Part shown: piece after piece, positions 14,701 through 29,700 of the stretch
Layout: each line of letters starts with the position of its first letter
How positions within the stretch are numbered: position 1 is the first letter of the stretch
From: Stegostoma tigrinum
Taxonomy: Eukaryota
Reading direction: 5' to 3'
Length of the DNA: 64,000 nucleotides
Assembly: GCF_030684315.1 (NCBI RefSeq)
Contig: NC_081379.1
Span: 21,730,637-21,794,636 of the forward strand
Made by a program: the position numbers and the translations under genes
The notes under the pieces: model-generated
Database searches by the model: none
Told to the model about the DNA's origin: nothing
Seen by the model: only the letters and a program-made list of their open reading frames with translations

Positions 14701-17700
14701 TTATACTTACTGTTAAAGTGCTCTGAACGATCTGAGTATCAGAGGACAAGCGATTCGTCAATTCACCAGTTCTATTACAAGAAGTAATGTAATTAAACTT
14801 AAAAATTGAGAAAAATTGCACATTCAACCAAAATCAGATATTGTTGAGTTTACTTGCACGTCAAGTTGGACTTATTTAAATAAAACTAAATTTAAATAGA
14901 CTGCAAATACTAATACAAAATATAAGAAGGAAAAATCTGGATAAAAATGAAGAACTGAAGTTGTAGTATGTTTTCCTTTTGATTAGCATTATCACAGGAA
15001 TCTAAAACTCTTTTCAGAACTTTGGGGCACAAGTTAAAATGCTCAGTTTATTGTTCCTACACTAAAATATGGCACACATTAGAAAAGTATTACTTCAGAT
15101 GTGTTGATACAAAATAATTGTAAAAATTTTAAAACACAAACATATATTTTCTCTTGAGGGCAGAAAAGCTGATGTTTTGGGCCTAGACCCTTGTCAGCTT
15201 TCCTGCTCCTCTGATGCTGCTGGGCCTGCTGTGTTCATCCAGCTCTATACCTCGTTACCTCTGATTCTCCAGCATCTGCAGTTCCTATTATCTCTATATA
15301 TTTTCTATTTTCTGAGTTTGAGGCAGGGGAATACCAGAGTCAGGCCACCTGTACCTAGGTTTATGCCAGGTCCAGCCATTTCAGAGAGCACAGTTTTTGC
15401 TTGGTCCTCAACACTGCCATCATTTTCCCTTGCCTCTCAGAACTCGATACCCTTTTGAGATGAACTCGATACCCTTTTGAGATATACTCGCAAGCATCCA
15501 ACTGAAATCAACACCTGAAATATGTACATCGATACAACCAAAGCTAGGAGGAGAAGTGCACAGTACCATAGTCCCACAATTTCACTGGTCAGAACATTAA
15601 AAAATACCTTTTCCTAGTTACCAAGATGGCCTACCATAAACTTTATCTTTAATCAGGTTTTGAATAGGAAGACTTAGCAACCACATTTCTTTAATAATCT
15701 TAGTTATTGGTTTATTCTCAAATCAAAATTTATTCAATGAAAACTCAAGAACCAGCTTACATATACAGGCAGCAGTGCATGTACAAATATTAAAGTCTAA
15801 ATGTTTATGTCTCTAAATAATGTAAAATGCATAAGTAAAAAGTCACACAAAAGGAAGAGAAAAAATATAAATTTCTTTCTCTGCAGTTCTTTTTTTTTGT
15901 AAAATAGAGAAACATTTTCTGTTTATTCTTGGAGCCAAAAAGGATAAGGGGTTGAACTTTTCAAAGTCTGTCAGTGATGTTCTGCAAATATTGTCGCATC
16001 ACTAATCACAAATAGTAAATTGGAGTCTTGGCAGACACAGCTTACCCTGGAAATCTCCTACAATTAAATCACTCTCCATAAGGAACAAATAAATAGCATC
16101 CTAAACTCCAGAAAACGTTCCTTTCAGAAACAGGAGATCAACTCGGTAGCCCTTACTTGGCAGCTACTTGATCCTCATCTAGTTCCAGATATCAAAGTAC
16201 TCTCCACCAAGTCACTGTTCACAAAGCAAGCGATTCACAGGAAACACTATTTTAAAAAAGTTCAAAGTCTAGAGTGATCGTACAACACTTCTTTTAAGGA
16301 ACAAAAAAGGTATTTTTTTCAAAACACAAAATAAATTAATTTTTCCACAATCCTTAAATTTTTAGTCCTCCAAGAAATATCAAAAATGAAGCACAGATTG
16401 TCTTACCAACTACTGAATTAGCTTTTCAATTGTTGAACACATTTTTTTGAGGAAACAGTAGAAAGCAGAACTAATAGCACAGTGAAACTTGGATAAATAA
16501 TATGCTTAATGGAAATTCTTCTTGGGCTTAAAAATCTTGGGGTACTATTTCAGCTACATTACATTCAAAACAGTAACTCAATCCTCAAAATATTGAGAAA
16601 AGTATTGCTTATACTTAAAAAACACAATACTAAATGTACAAAAAGTACCAAGACTACCTAAGGAAAAATTTAAAAAAATCCGAAATAATCAAGAGGATTC
16701 TTGCAAGTACCAACTACACTACAATTTATTTCGTGCCACTTCACATACTCACTGTAAAAACATGACAACTAAAATAAGATAACAGTGTGGAGCTAGAGGA
16801 ACACAGCAGGACAGGCAGCAGAGGAGCAGGAAAGCTGGTGTTTTGAGTCAGGACCCTTCTTCAAAAATGGGGGAGGGGACGGGGTCTCTCAAATAAACTT
16901 GGGTGGGGAGCGGTGATAGCAGGGAGATAGTGGAGCGGATACAACAGGAGAGAAGACAGACTGGTCAAGGAGGTGGGGATGAAGCTAGTAAAAGGTGCGT
17001 GTAGTTGTGTTCCTGCTGTGTTCCTCCAGCTCCACACTGTGCTAGCTCAGACTCCAGCATCAGCAGTTCTTACTATCTTGATGACAACTAAAATGTTCTT
17101 ATGCTTCTACACATGTACATATTGTTACAGCTCTGTGATTTTCTGTAAATATTGAAGAGGAAAACTGAAAAGAAAACCTGATTATACAATTATAGGGGTA
17201 AATCAAAGACGAGTTCAAGAGGATAGGTTTATACTTTATGCAGAAAGTTTCTATTTTAATTGGAAATGGCTTATCTTGGTCTTGATGCATTGCTCTGTTG
17301 ACATTTTCAAAGTCATTTCAACTTCAAATAAACTTGCTTTCAAATCAAGAATACAATTAAAAATAAACAGCCTCCTGAGAGATTTAGATTAATTATTTAA
17401 ACTTAATATTACTAAAACGTTCTTAACCCACTTGCTAACATTGTACATCATGCATAAGTAAAAACTTCAATTAAGAAGCAATTATCGAGACAAATAAAAT
17501 GAATCATAGCAAACTTAGTAAGTTGATGATAAAATTCAACTGGCCTGCTGTCTCTAACAAGTATGCAATAGTTAGCAATAATGTAAACAGAGGTATGAAA
17601 GGAAAACAGTGAAACATAATTTTTTCTTGTAGTGAAGTAATACTATAGCCAATGAAATTTTTCACCCATTACTTGCAATCTACACTTCCTATACGGAGTA

Positions 17701-20700
17701 GGAGCTGCTTGTGCGATGAAAGATTACAGGTCTAACAAATAACATAACATATCTCTATTCATTACAGAATTATAATCAAAAGGGACGCTTGACTTTTCTA
17801 TTATTCTCAACCATGTTTTTGATTAACTCTGTTACATATCAGTAAAATTTAAACAAAAATAATATAAAATGTAGCAATATGCTTCCGCTAATACAAAGTG
17901 ACAGCTATAGCTTCACAATCATGTCAATGTATATTAGTCATTCATAGATGAGTTACTGCTCCAAAAGGAGCGAACACAAAATCCCAGAGTGCTGATGACA
18001 AAGCAACACTAAGACACTGAGGGCACATATCCACATCTGATCTTAACTACGATTACTTCAATCATAGCTGTGAACATTATTAGTTGGAACCAAAACATGC
18101 AGATTAAAAATAATTTACATTTACAAAATACTTCTCCATTTTATGACAGTTGAGTTTTCTTTTCACTATTCATTCGTTATTCATTGTTAAACTTTGCTAT
18201 AAAGTCCTACTTCTGTGTTGGTTACCTTTGAAGTGCTTTTACCAACACTTTCTTCATATTTTAAATATGTGCTACATCAGATATCATGTGGGAGAAGGCT
18301 GAAGATAGCCAAGCTTGGCAAGACTGAAAGATAAATGGCTGTACATTAGGCACATACAATGTTCAGTTGGTCATCGATGACAAAACAAAGTACTATTGAA
18401 AGAGGTGTTAAAACACAAACATCTGGATTAGATCTTCACTGGAAAAGGGTCTGGTGGCTCAAAAATTGCTGTCAAACATAGCACTTCTTTTCATTTGTGA
18501 CATTAAACATGCCATCTTATCAAAATTAATTGCTTGATGATTAATAGGATACAAGTATAAAAGAGATCTACATCGTTCTTCCAATATCCTTTTGGTATAT
18601 ACATAGATAGAAGTTTTATTTCTAGCTGGCAAGCTGACTTTTAGAACACATAGCTGAAACATAACTTCTGTGCATCTGTTTTTAAATGTTAAGTATTTTA
18701 GGAAGTGCTTAGATCTATTACCACAAAAACACAAGTGATTCTTTAAGGGATTCATGTTTATTCCACTAAATTTGGCAATTAGAATTCATTGGACATGTAG
18801 AAACGATTCTCTGCTTTGAAGGTTTAGTATATCAATACCTGGAATTGGTGGGCTGTGAAAGGTTGAACAGGCTAGGCTTATTCTTCCAAAGTCCAGCAGA
18901 TGCAAGTGACAGCTTGATTAAAAGACAAGATCGTAAGGGATCTTGACAGGATTCTTTTTGTAATTCATTCATAGCAAATCAGTGTTGCTGGCTGGGCCAG
19001 CATTTATTAACAATCTCTGGTTGCCCTGGTGACTGTGAGCTGCAGTCCATGTCCTGTAGGCATACCTACAAATGCCATTGGGGAGGGAGTTCCAGGAGTT
19101 GTTTGACCTAGTGACACTGAAGGAAATGACAATATATTGCCGAGTCAAGATGGTGAATGACTCAGAAGGGAACTTGCAGGTGTTGATGTTCCCACGTATA
19201 TGCCGCGCGTGTCCTTCTAGATAGTAGAGAGCATGGATTTAAAACATGCTGTTGAAGGAACCTTGGTGAATTCTGTAGCTTATCTTGCAGGTGTGCATAT
19301 CCGAACAGTGTTTAAGATCAGCCACGATCTCACTGAACAGGACTGTGCCTGAACCAGAGGTGCCAAGTGGCCTATTCCTGCCCTTAATTCATTTGTCTCT
19401 GTATTATGTTCAGGCTAAATACAAGGAACAGCGTGCAAGTTGCTTAAGTTGCAAAATTAAATGGCCAGTTATGATGATTTTTAAAAAATAATATTCCCCC
19501 TAATTCTAGCACAAAACAACTTAAAAACATTGGAGATAAACCCAAGCATGTAAGATATGTTCTGAACTTTCCTTACTGAAATACAATGTCTTTTGGAATA
19601 TTGCAGCATATCAGATAAAATTAAGTTAAAAATAAAATTAACTTTGAAGCCCATCATGACCCACAAAACGGAATTCCATTTCTTTTTATAAAACCAAAAG
19701 ACAGGCAAAACCGAAATTTTGATTTCTAAAGTCTTTAGCTCTTGATTAATCTTGTCACTACCATAGCAAAATCTGGGCCAAGGATTTGCAGATTAGCAAT
19801 GACCTGCTTAAGTCCATCTTCCGTAAATTTCAGGACAGTTTCGTTATAATCATGAAACCTCACATTCTTCTGAAAAAAATTCAATGAATTCAAAGAACAG
19901 AAGTTCGTATCACAAAATTAGCATTCACAATCATACGTTTTATGTATTTTTCATTTTTTTCTAAACATATCATTTTGCAGAATGAAAAAACTATTCTCTT
20001 GCGACTTCATAACATACATGAGATCATTCTGAAACAATAGCAACACCAATTATATCGTTCAGAAAATTCAAAATGTTTTCAGAGTGCCTCATCCCACTAT
20101 AAGTATGACTAATTCAGTCCTAGTTTTACATCTGGTTCATTCTATTCGAGAAAGAAAAACAAATTAGAAAGACAGCTAGTAATTTAATCATGGTAATGAA
20201 CTCTAAAGTTTGAGTACTTTGCGAGCTTTACCATGTCAGCAATGTTTTAACACTTGGCTTTGCCTCATTCCAAAAATATCTAACTTTGTCAATGTGAAGG
20301 ATGCATACTTCGTCATTCATTATAGTTTAAATACATTAAGTCTGTAATTTGTGTCTGGCATCATTCCTTTGTTCCTCATCAATCATTTTAATTACAAACA
20401 TTGTCATAGCCTAACTGCTCCTCCATGTAATCAGTTAATAAACTAAGGCTGGAAATGTGTCAGAAACTACAGGTGAGTATTTCAGGTAAATAATGAACAG
20501 AATTTACAGTTCTGCACATTTTAAAAAATGGCAGGTAGTGTGCCTGAAGCAATCCTAGTTTTAGAATTCCAATATTCCAGTAAGCCTATCTAGCTTTCAT
20601 TATATTAATGCCTTCTGTAGTTCGATTACCATAACTGTATCATGGTTGTTCAGCTCCACAACGCATGGATGAATTTTGTGATTCATGGCAAAGCAACAGC

Positions 20701-23700
20701 AGTCACCGGTGACCTAGAGAAAGCTTTGAACAAAGATTCAGATTTTGTGGAAGAAATCTCTCCTTTAACTGCCCAGAAAATTTGGTGCCAAATCCAGATG
20801 ATGTCTTGGCATCCATCAGCAATTATGTCATCAAGCAGGTAGGCATATGATCAATTTTGAAATATTCACACACAGCAAACTAGGAAATTAAAAACACTTG
20901 AAATCTTTCATGTTTAGACCAAATTAAGATAGCAAAATAAATGAGAGTACTAAGTAGTTGAATTAAAATATAGACTTTTATCTAGCTTTTTTTAAAAAAG
21001 ATGTGAACTTTTGTACTAACAGGGAAATTCAACATTCCACAATTCTAGGCCAGTGAGTGCCATTTGGTACCGATTACAAACTTACGCGACCATTAAAAAC
21101 TCAGTTACGTCTCATGCAACAATATGTAACAATTGGTACACTGAAACAAATTGCTTTATAACAGATGTTATCATCAATTAATGATTGCAATAGAGGTAAT
21201 CCGTGAGAACCTCTATGAAGCACCCAATAAAGGAGCGTAGATTAAATGGCAGCAACTTCTGGCTTCCATATTAGTTTGTACTTGTCTAAAATGATAAAAA
21301 GGTGATTGGCAGATTCAGAACAATAATATCAGCAAATGCTGGCATTGTCATTATTACCACAGCAAAATTTGGACCATGGATTTGAAGTTTCGTATTTCTC
21401 TACCGATACCCATTTTTTCATAAAGTTCTGCAATGTAGTTTTTCATGATGTAAGGAAGAATAAAATTAGAGAAACTATGAAACTAACACAATTCCCACGA
21501 TTAACCCACATTTTAGGATATTGGCAATTTTTTCTTGAATGGATAAATATTTCCATAGATGACTGGATCATTACAGGTCTATGATAAGATTGACATTAAA
21601 CATCATTAGTCTATCCCATTTAATACTATTTGTTGTCAAACAGTGCAGCCAATTTGATTTTCTTAAAAATGGGGGTTAAACACTTAAGCAACCAACTATA
21701 CTCTGTCAAAGTGAGATGCTAATCTCATGTTGATCAACTGGGAAATTGAATGATTTAGCACATTTATTTCAATAAGCAAATGCATACTTCCCTGTAACAT
21801 CATCTCACATCCTTACCTCTGATTAAAACTGTGCAGAACAACAAAATCAGTAAAATTTCTGTCAATAACTAAGGCACCACAGTAGAGATTCAAATTCTGA
21901 GCAGTATTGACTTTCAATCTCCTGAGGAGGCTTCCTGCCTGGCGTAAACTGAAACTGGGGAGAAGGATGGAGTTCTCTCCAGCAACTCATCCACAACTGA
22001 AAAGCTGAGTACAGGGGTTTAAAAAAGCTTAATTACAACAAAATGATGCACTTGGAATTCTTTTCTTCATGTTTACATTACATTCAATATTGACACTGAG
22101 CTCTGAAACTATGCAAAGGAACAAGCTCAATACTTCATAGGGGAGGTGATGGCCTGGCAGTATTATCACTGGAGTGTTAATCCAGAGGCCAGACAACCTG
22201 CTGGGGTCTCAGGTTGGAATCTTGCCATGACAGATGGTGGCATTTGAATTCAATAAATATCTGGAATTAAAAAAAATCTAATGATGACCGTGAATCTACT
22301 GTTGATTGTTGGGAGAAAAATATCCATCTGGTTCACTCACGTCCTTTAGGGAAGGAAACTACCATCCTTACCTGGTCTGGCCTACGTGACTCCCAGACCC
22401 ACAGCAACATGGGGAACTCTGAACTGCCCTTTGGCCAATTAGGATGAGCAATAAATTAGCCAATGATGCCCTTATCCCCTGAATGAATTTAAACAAAACT
22501 TCTAAGGAGGAAGTGCAATTCCCATTGAAATCCATCATCTTTTAATGCTACAACTTAATATCTATACAGCAAGTCTAAAATCTTTTTCACAAGTGTTGAC
22601 ATTTATAGCCTTCATTTAATCACAACTGCAAGGCTCATCATTCAGCAAGTCCATAGCACTCACCTGTTCTCATCAAAGAATGAAATTTCTTGCTTTAGAA
22701 TGCAAGCAAAAAGCCTTTTACGCAGTCTGGCTACCAGCCTGTGTCCCGCGAGAACAAAAAAGTAGGCACGGATAAATGAACAAGCAGCACCACCAATGTA
22801 TATACCAAAGAGGATAAGAATCATTCTGTCAAGATCCTCTGAAAGAAAAAAAACAAATCTTATAAAGTTAACTTTTACAAGCAGAATTTTAGATCGCCTT
22901 CACAGAACCACATATCACATTTTAAAATAAGACTTTTAAAAATTTTTAAAAACATTTCCAAACCATATTTTAGTTGTCATTTACCATTCCAAAAGGGTTA
23001 ATGCGAACCAGTGGTAACTAGATGTCATCAAAGCACCCACTGCAGCACCAAAATGATGAAGCTTCAATGTATAATGCTAATGCACATATGCCCAAAATTA
23101 TAACATCACAAATCCAGTCACGATTGATCTTTTACAGCTGATTTTAAATGTACATCACAGTTAGTTTCACATCTGCTTTCAGTTGTCCTAGGCAATTATA
23201 TTTATTTGCCGGCGTGGGCTGAATTTTTAATATCAGGTCTAGAAGCAAATGTTGGCTAAGATTTTGCAGATGGGCAGTTTGTAACTTTTTCTACTCATCC
23301 TTTAATTTGAAAATTGTTGCGCTACAAAATGCTAATAGTTCAAGCTGACAATATTGTGGTGGGTTCAATGTAGCCTTTGGAACCAACAATCCATCTCCTA
23401 TTATGCAAGTAAATCAAGTGATTAGGAAGTAAAATGGAACATTTGTGAACTGCAAAGGAATGTAATATAAAATTAAGCAAGTTCTGCTACAGGTGTCCAG
23501 GTGATCGGTGAAACAGCATCTGAAGTATTGGGTACCGTTTTGATTTCCTTATTTAAGAAAATGTACAATCTTAACATAAGTAGTTCAGATAAAATTCAGT
23601 TGACCAATTCCTAACAGGTATGGGTTCGTTTTGAGTAAAGTTTGGATAGGTTGAGCTTGTAGTATTCCGTTGGGATTTAGAACAATACAAAAGGTAATCT

Positions 23701-26700
23701 TAATAAAACACAGGGTGCTGAGGACATTTAAGTGAGGATACTTAACGGATATTTCCCCTTATGGTAGAGACCAGAATTAGGGGACAGTTTACAAACAATA
23801 TGTCTTCTACTTAAAATGTAAATTAAGAGAAATATTTCCACTCAGGTCGGTAGTCTATAGAATCTTCTTCCCAAAGTGCAGTGAAGCCAGGGCCATTGAA
23901 TAGTTTTAAGGCTGAATTAAATTTCCAATTAAAGGGAGTTAAAGGTTATATCAGGTAAAAAAGGGCATTAGTGGGACTACAATTAGATTTGCTGCAATCT
24001 TACTAAATGTCAAAGCAGGTTCAAGGAGCCAAATGGCACACCCTACTCTTAACTGGGAAGCTCATATGCATGCTCCTTAACAAATAGAAATTTAAAAGTT
24101 GTAAAAAGATCAACAGAGAAGGACAGTCAAATCAAGTGATAAAAGGAAAGAAAGAAAGAAAAATTGCCTTAAGGTAGAGTGAATAGGGACTGAACGGATA
24201 GAAAGGCAAGGTCCTTTTTAAATAAAATAGCAAGACCAATTTATTGCATACTGAGACACCAGGGTCTCAGCTGTTCCTTTCTTTGAAACTGGGTGATTGA
24301 GTGTCACAGTACGCACATAGATCTAATAATCAAAAGGATCCTTGTGCTCCATTAAGTACTAGCCTAGTACTAGTGTGTTGTAGTTAACTTGCAGTTAAGG
24401 CACAGGTACAATGTCTTGTAATAACAGACAGGCAGTTTATTCGAAATTCATCACGGCAGCAGCTTCCAAATTGCGATGATACAAATGAAACAAAAAAACC
24501 TGACTTATGATTTAGTTATATACAGTCCTTAAAAAGTACAAAATAAGATTGCATAATAATCATTTCAGCATATAAAGACCAAGGTTGTGTTAAACTGTAG
24601 AAGAGAAATTAAAAGGTCTACTGCTCTCCTCATTCTCTATCAAAATCCACAGGTCATCTGTTGTCAAGTCACATTCATTCAATTTCACCCATATCCCTTC
24701 AAACCCTTACTATTCATGTACCATCCAGATGCCTTTCAAATGCTGTAATTGTTCCTGCTTCTACCACCTCCTTTTGGTAAACTTGTTGAATTCACCAGAT
24801 AGCATTCTGTAATGTGTGTTGATTTATGCACTAACAATGACATATATATTAAACTCATCTTTATTTTACAAGCAAATGATGGCTCTATGAAACTTTCAAC
24901 ACCTCAACATATTAACCAAGAAGATGCACCAGATAAAGTTTAGGGAACAGTAAATTCCAAAGTTGCAGAGTCAAAGACACCCACAAGGACAAATTAGGTT
25001 ATAATAATCACAAAAACTAAATAAAAACTTACCAATGAGAGAATTTAAACATTTTTAGAACTACAATTAAGGAATCACTTATACTTATGTTGAGCGACAT
25101 GAAAATGAAAATCAATTTTCGTTCAATTTAAGATGTGGAAGACACATCTTCAAAGTTTTCTAAACAATTCTCCCCTTGACGCCATTCTACTCATATAAAT
25201 TAATAAATTTGTTATTACATTGTTCTTGGGATGTCAGGGAGCCTAACAAGATTGCTTTTACTGCCCATTCCATTGTCTTAAGATGCATTGTGGTGTTCTC
25301 CTTGGACCACTACAGTCCTTGTGCCAATAATATAATACTCTGCAATCGAATTTGGTAGAGAATTCCAGAATATTCATCCAGCAATGAACAAGTAGAATAT
25401 ATATGTCCATGCAATGTATGACTTGTGTAGGAAACTTTTAAGTAGTAGTATCCAGATGCTCAGACAACTCTTCTCTTCATTGGTCAAACAGTCCATTGGG
25501 TTAGGAGACACCATTTTGGCACACTGATGTGGTGTATCCTACGCATAATACATACTGCAGCACAAGTGTTCCAATGGTGAAGGTGGATATTAAATCTAGT
25601 GGCTCACCAAAAATCAAATGAAATGCTCTTCGAGTGTTGATACTGACTTCCTTGAAAGTGATCACGGATGCACCAGGGCAAATGTAAGGAACTCCAAAAC
25701 ACGGTTTGCCTGGTATCGTTTATAAAGCTCAAGTTATAAGGGGGTAAATGGTGCAACACTTGTAGAGTATCTAGTCTATGTCTTTCTCTTGTGGCTTAAT
25801 GCAGCTGCTCCATCTGAGCTTCTCATCAAATAGGGAAGGTGGCCAGGTTTCTCATGCTAGGAATGGTCGCTGCCTTATACCTATTCAGCATCTCCATTAT
25901 TTGTCATTTGTCAGCCCAAGCCTGAATGTTGTCCACGGACATCTGCAGATTCTCTTATCAGTGGAGCTGCAAAGGATGTTGAACGTGGAGGAGCATTCTT
26001 GGTGTACTAGCACAATCCTGGTTGGAGGCAAAAGCAATGTTAAAAGGAAAGGTTTACCAGATCTAAAAAGGAGGACAAATGTCTTTGTTACAAAACAGAA
26101 ATCAGAAAAGCATAGTTCTTGCACCAGCTCAATTTACAGACAATGTGGAGTTGTTTCCTTTGGCTTTCTTTCAACTTCTTCCACCACTTTACTGGTGATG
26201 CAAGGTTGTGAATACATGGATTCTCAAGTCTTCCATTCAATGGTTGAGGATTTGCTGCTTTTAGTGCCTCTGATGATGGTTCATCCTCTTTTCCTTTTAC
26301 CAGGGGTCTTGCGCAGAAAAAATTGAGGGCAAGTAGACAGCTATTCCAGGTCTTTGTTTACTTCGCCACATAAAACAGAAGGATATTTTCTCATCACAGG
26401 CCCAATTTTTCTGCTGTATAATCTGTACCAAAAGTTGTGGCCATCTACCCAGGAATCAATTAACTGGTTATTTTGCAGATCCCAGCATCTGCTTGGCTAA
26501 ACCTGGGTCGCAGAAAATGACCAGCAAATTGCTCTCAGTCATTAGGTGTGACAAGAAATCATCTTGAATGAGGTGTCTCAAATTACACCTAACAACCCTA
26601 AATAATCAATTAAACACGTCAGACTATTTATGTTGAGGCTACTACCACTGGCCAAACTGACAAATCAACAGCAAACTCAAGATTTTTATACAGGTGGATG

Positions 26701-29700
26701 GATGTGTCAAAATAAAACCTGTAATGAAAATGCTCAAAGCACAAAAAAACTATTTTAGAGCTATGTTTAACCATAACATATTTAAATGTGTAATCTAATA
26801 TCTATGTTATATTAGAGACTTTACATTTGAGTTGCAGCTAGGGGCAAGAAAACCTGGGACACAAGAAATGATATACGAGTAAACCACCATGAAAGTAGTG
26901 CATATTGATTAGGCAGAGCTGCCTGCATAAATCAAGAAGAAGAAATATGCATCAAGTGGGATTAGTGTGGATATGAGTCACTCACGTATGAGATTGAACC
27001 AGGCTTTGCAAATCAAAATCAAAACTTGGCTCAGCGGCAGTAACTTCTTTGAAATCACACACATAATGTGAATTCTTTCTTCAAAGTAACCCACCTCAGG
27101 TGTCATACAGCTAACATGTACACGTTTTTTATTGAACACAGAAAAATAGCCTTTGGCATTACACATGGTGATTTGAAGGCTACTGTGTTCAATGCTACAT
27201 AACATAGGCACAGCATCAGAACCATTGACTTGTAGATTTCTGCTTCTGACACTGTACCAAAACAGTTTTATCAAAAATCACAAAACATAGTCATCCCCAT
27301 AAACCTGTATACAGCCTTTGACATGGTTGACTACAACATCCAGGGGCAGGAAGCGAAATCATCGTCAGTGTGCTGTGATGGTCTGGCCTGGCCTGGGCCC
27401 CCGGCCCCCACCCCCCATCCTGATTTAGCCTTGCCCCCAACCCAAGTAAAGTGAGCTCCTTGAAGACCCAGGATCCAGTTATTGGGCCCTGATATACCCA
27501 GTCCTGATCCCTGCTCATGCATCTCCACTGTCCACCTACTGGGCAGGATGACAGTCACCTGGTTCAATTCTTATTTATCTAGTCAGTGTTTGAGATCTCC
27601 TCCTGACTTTGCATCATTACTTGTGTTCCCCAACAGCTATCCTTTACCTGACTTACTTCTCAACTAGATGCTGCTGTGGAGGCACATACCCTAAAAGGAA
27701 GCAGTCTTAGTTTTTGTAGGGGTGACCTCTACCTGGCCACATAGTGTGATCAGGTATAATTCACCTTAAGTTGTGTATGCTTGCGTACAAGATGGCAGAC
27801 AGAAGCTAACTAAAACTAAGTAGCCTGTTCACACAGTGAAATACAATGGTACCTTTCAATAGAACTGCTAGAAGGTCAGTAAAGGAATGCTGTATGTTCT
27901 AGTCTGAGACAGTACTGATAACAGGATGCCTAAGGACAGATAAATGACCAGTTCTGGCCTTATTAATGAAAGGATGATTGTCCCAGTAAATGAATAACAT
28001 CAGGCGCTAGATGAAGTCCCTAGCCAGCTGCAAGGATGACAGGTCAAGTTATTTCATAGTAAATAGATGCTTCTTTTAAGCTACCTGCAATATTAAATAG
28101 TTTCTAATTAAAAATACTTTAATCATAGAACCGTCACTGTACATATAGGGCACCATTCACACTAACTTACAAGATAAGAAAAAAAGGATGATAACTAAGA
28201 TTGTCCAAATTTCCACTGCTGCAGCGCCAGCTCCGGGCTTTCAATCCCTCGCCATGGCCCTGGCTCCAGCTGCCTCGCTGACCTGATCTCACCAGCTGAT
28301 TCTTGATTCACCATTACTGCAGGAGACAACCCGCACATTCAGCTCCCATCACATGGTCCCCGGTCGTGACCCAGCTCCTTCCTGACTCCTTAGTTATGTA
28401 GGTAAAAGAAAAGATTCCATGGCCTAGGGATTGCAAACAACATAAGATCAAGGGAATTTCAGGCCATCTGTAGAAATGCCCATCATTGATTAGGTGAGCC
28501 ACAGGATTGATTGTATGGATTAAGAAGGAAGGACAGTGACTGTTATATTTGATCATTGCAACAAATTTTATAAAATGCTGTATTTTCACTGTAAAAATCA
28601 GAGGGGGTCATTAATCTCCCTGCCAGTTTGCGGAAGACTCTTTAACCTTCTCTTTGCATCAACCGGTTTCTGCTTGAATAAACATCTTCCACTTGTCTGA
28701 ATCCTGCCTGTCTCCTGAGTTTTTGTCCCTGGTCGGGATGGGTAACTCCTACAGTTTTTATATGCTGCATGATATTTTACATGTATATCACTCCAGTTTC
28801 ATGATGTGAGATCTGACACCACTGCTGCTGATACCATGCCAAACTCCATTCCCTAGCAAAAGTCTGAGATAAAACCAGTTTGTTCACAACCAAAGTATCA
28901 CATTTGATCACAAGATTAACTTCCAACCTCATATGGCTTGACACCTTTCCGTTTCACAAAGTCACATCATTCAATGATCATTGAAAGGAAAATCCTCTTT
29001 TCCTTACAGACCACACAAGCTACAGTTTTCAACTGCTTCCGAGATCGCTTGCTTTCATTTGTGCTCAAATCTTGGAGACCACAAGTATACTCACGTGTTG
29101 GTTTTAGGGGTGAACATTACATGCATCACTTTTAGTAAGTCTCACCCTGGGTCTCCTGGACCCGAGCAATCAAGCTTGTCATTAGGCAGAACTGTTGCCA
29201 TGACTCTCTTTATTTAAAGTTAAAATGAGGAAATGAAGAGATTACTTAAACCTTAATCTTAGTCTTATAAAATTTGCATTCATAACAACTGATCGCTGAG
29301 ATAGTGTCTTACAGAGCAAGTGGGTGTGATAAGGCAATACTTGACAAAGCTGTTAATAATGCCTGATTATTTCTGGTGGGACACTGCTGTTCTTTCACAG
29401 AAACTTCTAGATTATATGAGGATAACAAAATTTGGAGCTCTTAGTTTTCTGTGGTTACTATGCTTACAAGCGAGCTTAAGATGAGTTTCCAACCATTTAT
29501 TGATGTCAGAAAGAAAATATACAGACTTTGCCTTGTCTCAGTTCACCTGTCGTTGCACTCCTCATTCATGCTTTTGATTTCTCTACCTTGACAATTCCAA
29601 CATAGTCTTGGCTGGTCTTATACACTGAATCCTTCATAATCTACGTCTTACAAACTCTGCTGCCCATGTCTTCCCCGGCATCAAGTCCTTCTCCCCAACA

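Noticed and set aside
25778-26326. 182-aa plus-strand ORF
   Set aside because: Spans decayed antisense LINE fragments; no coherent protein features.
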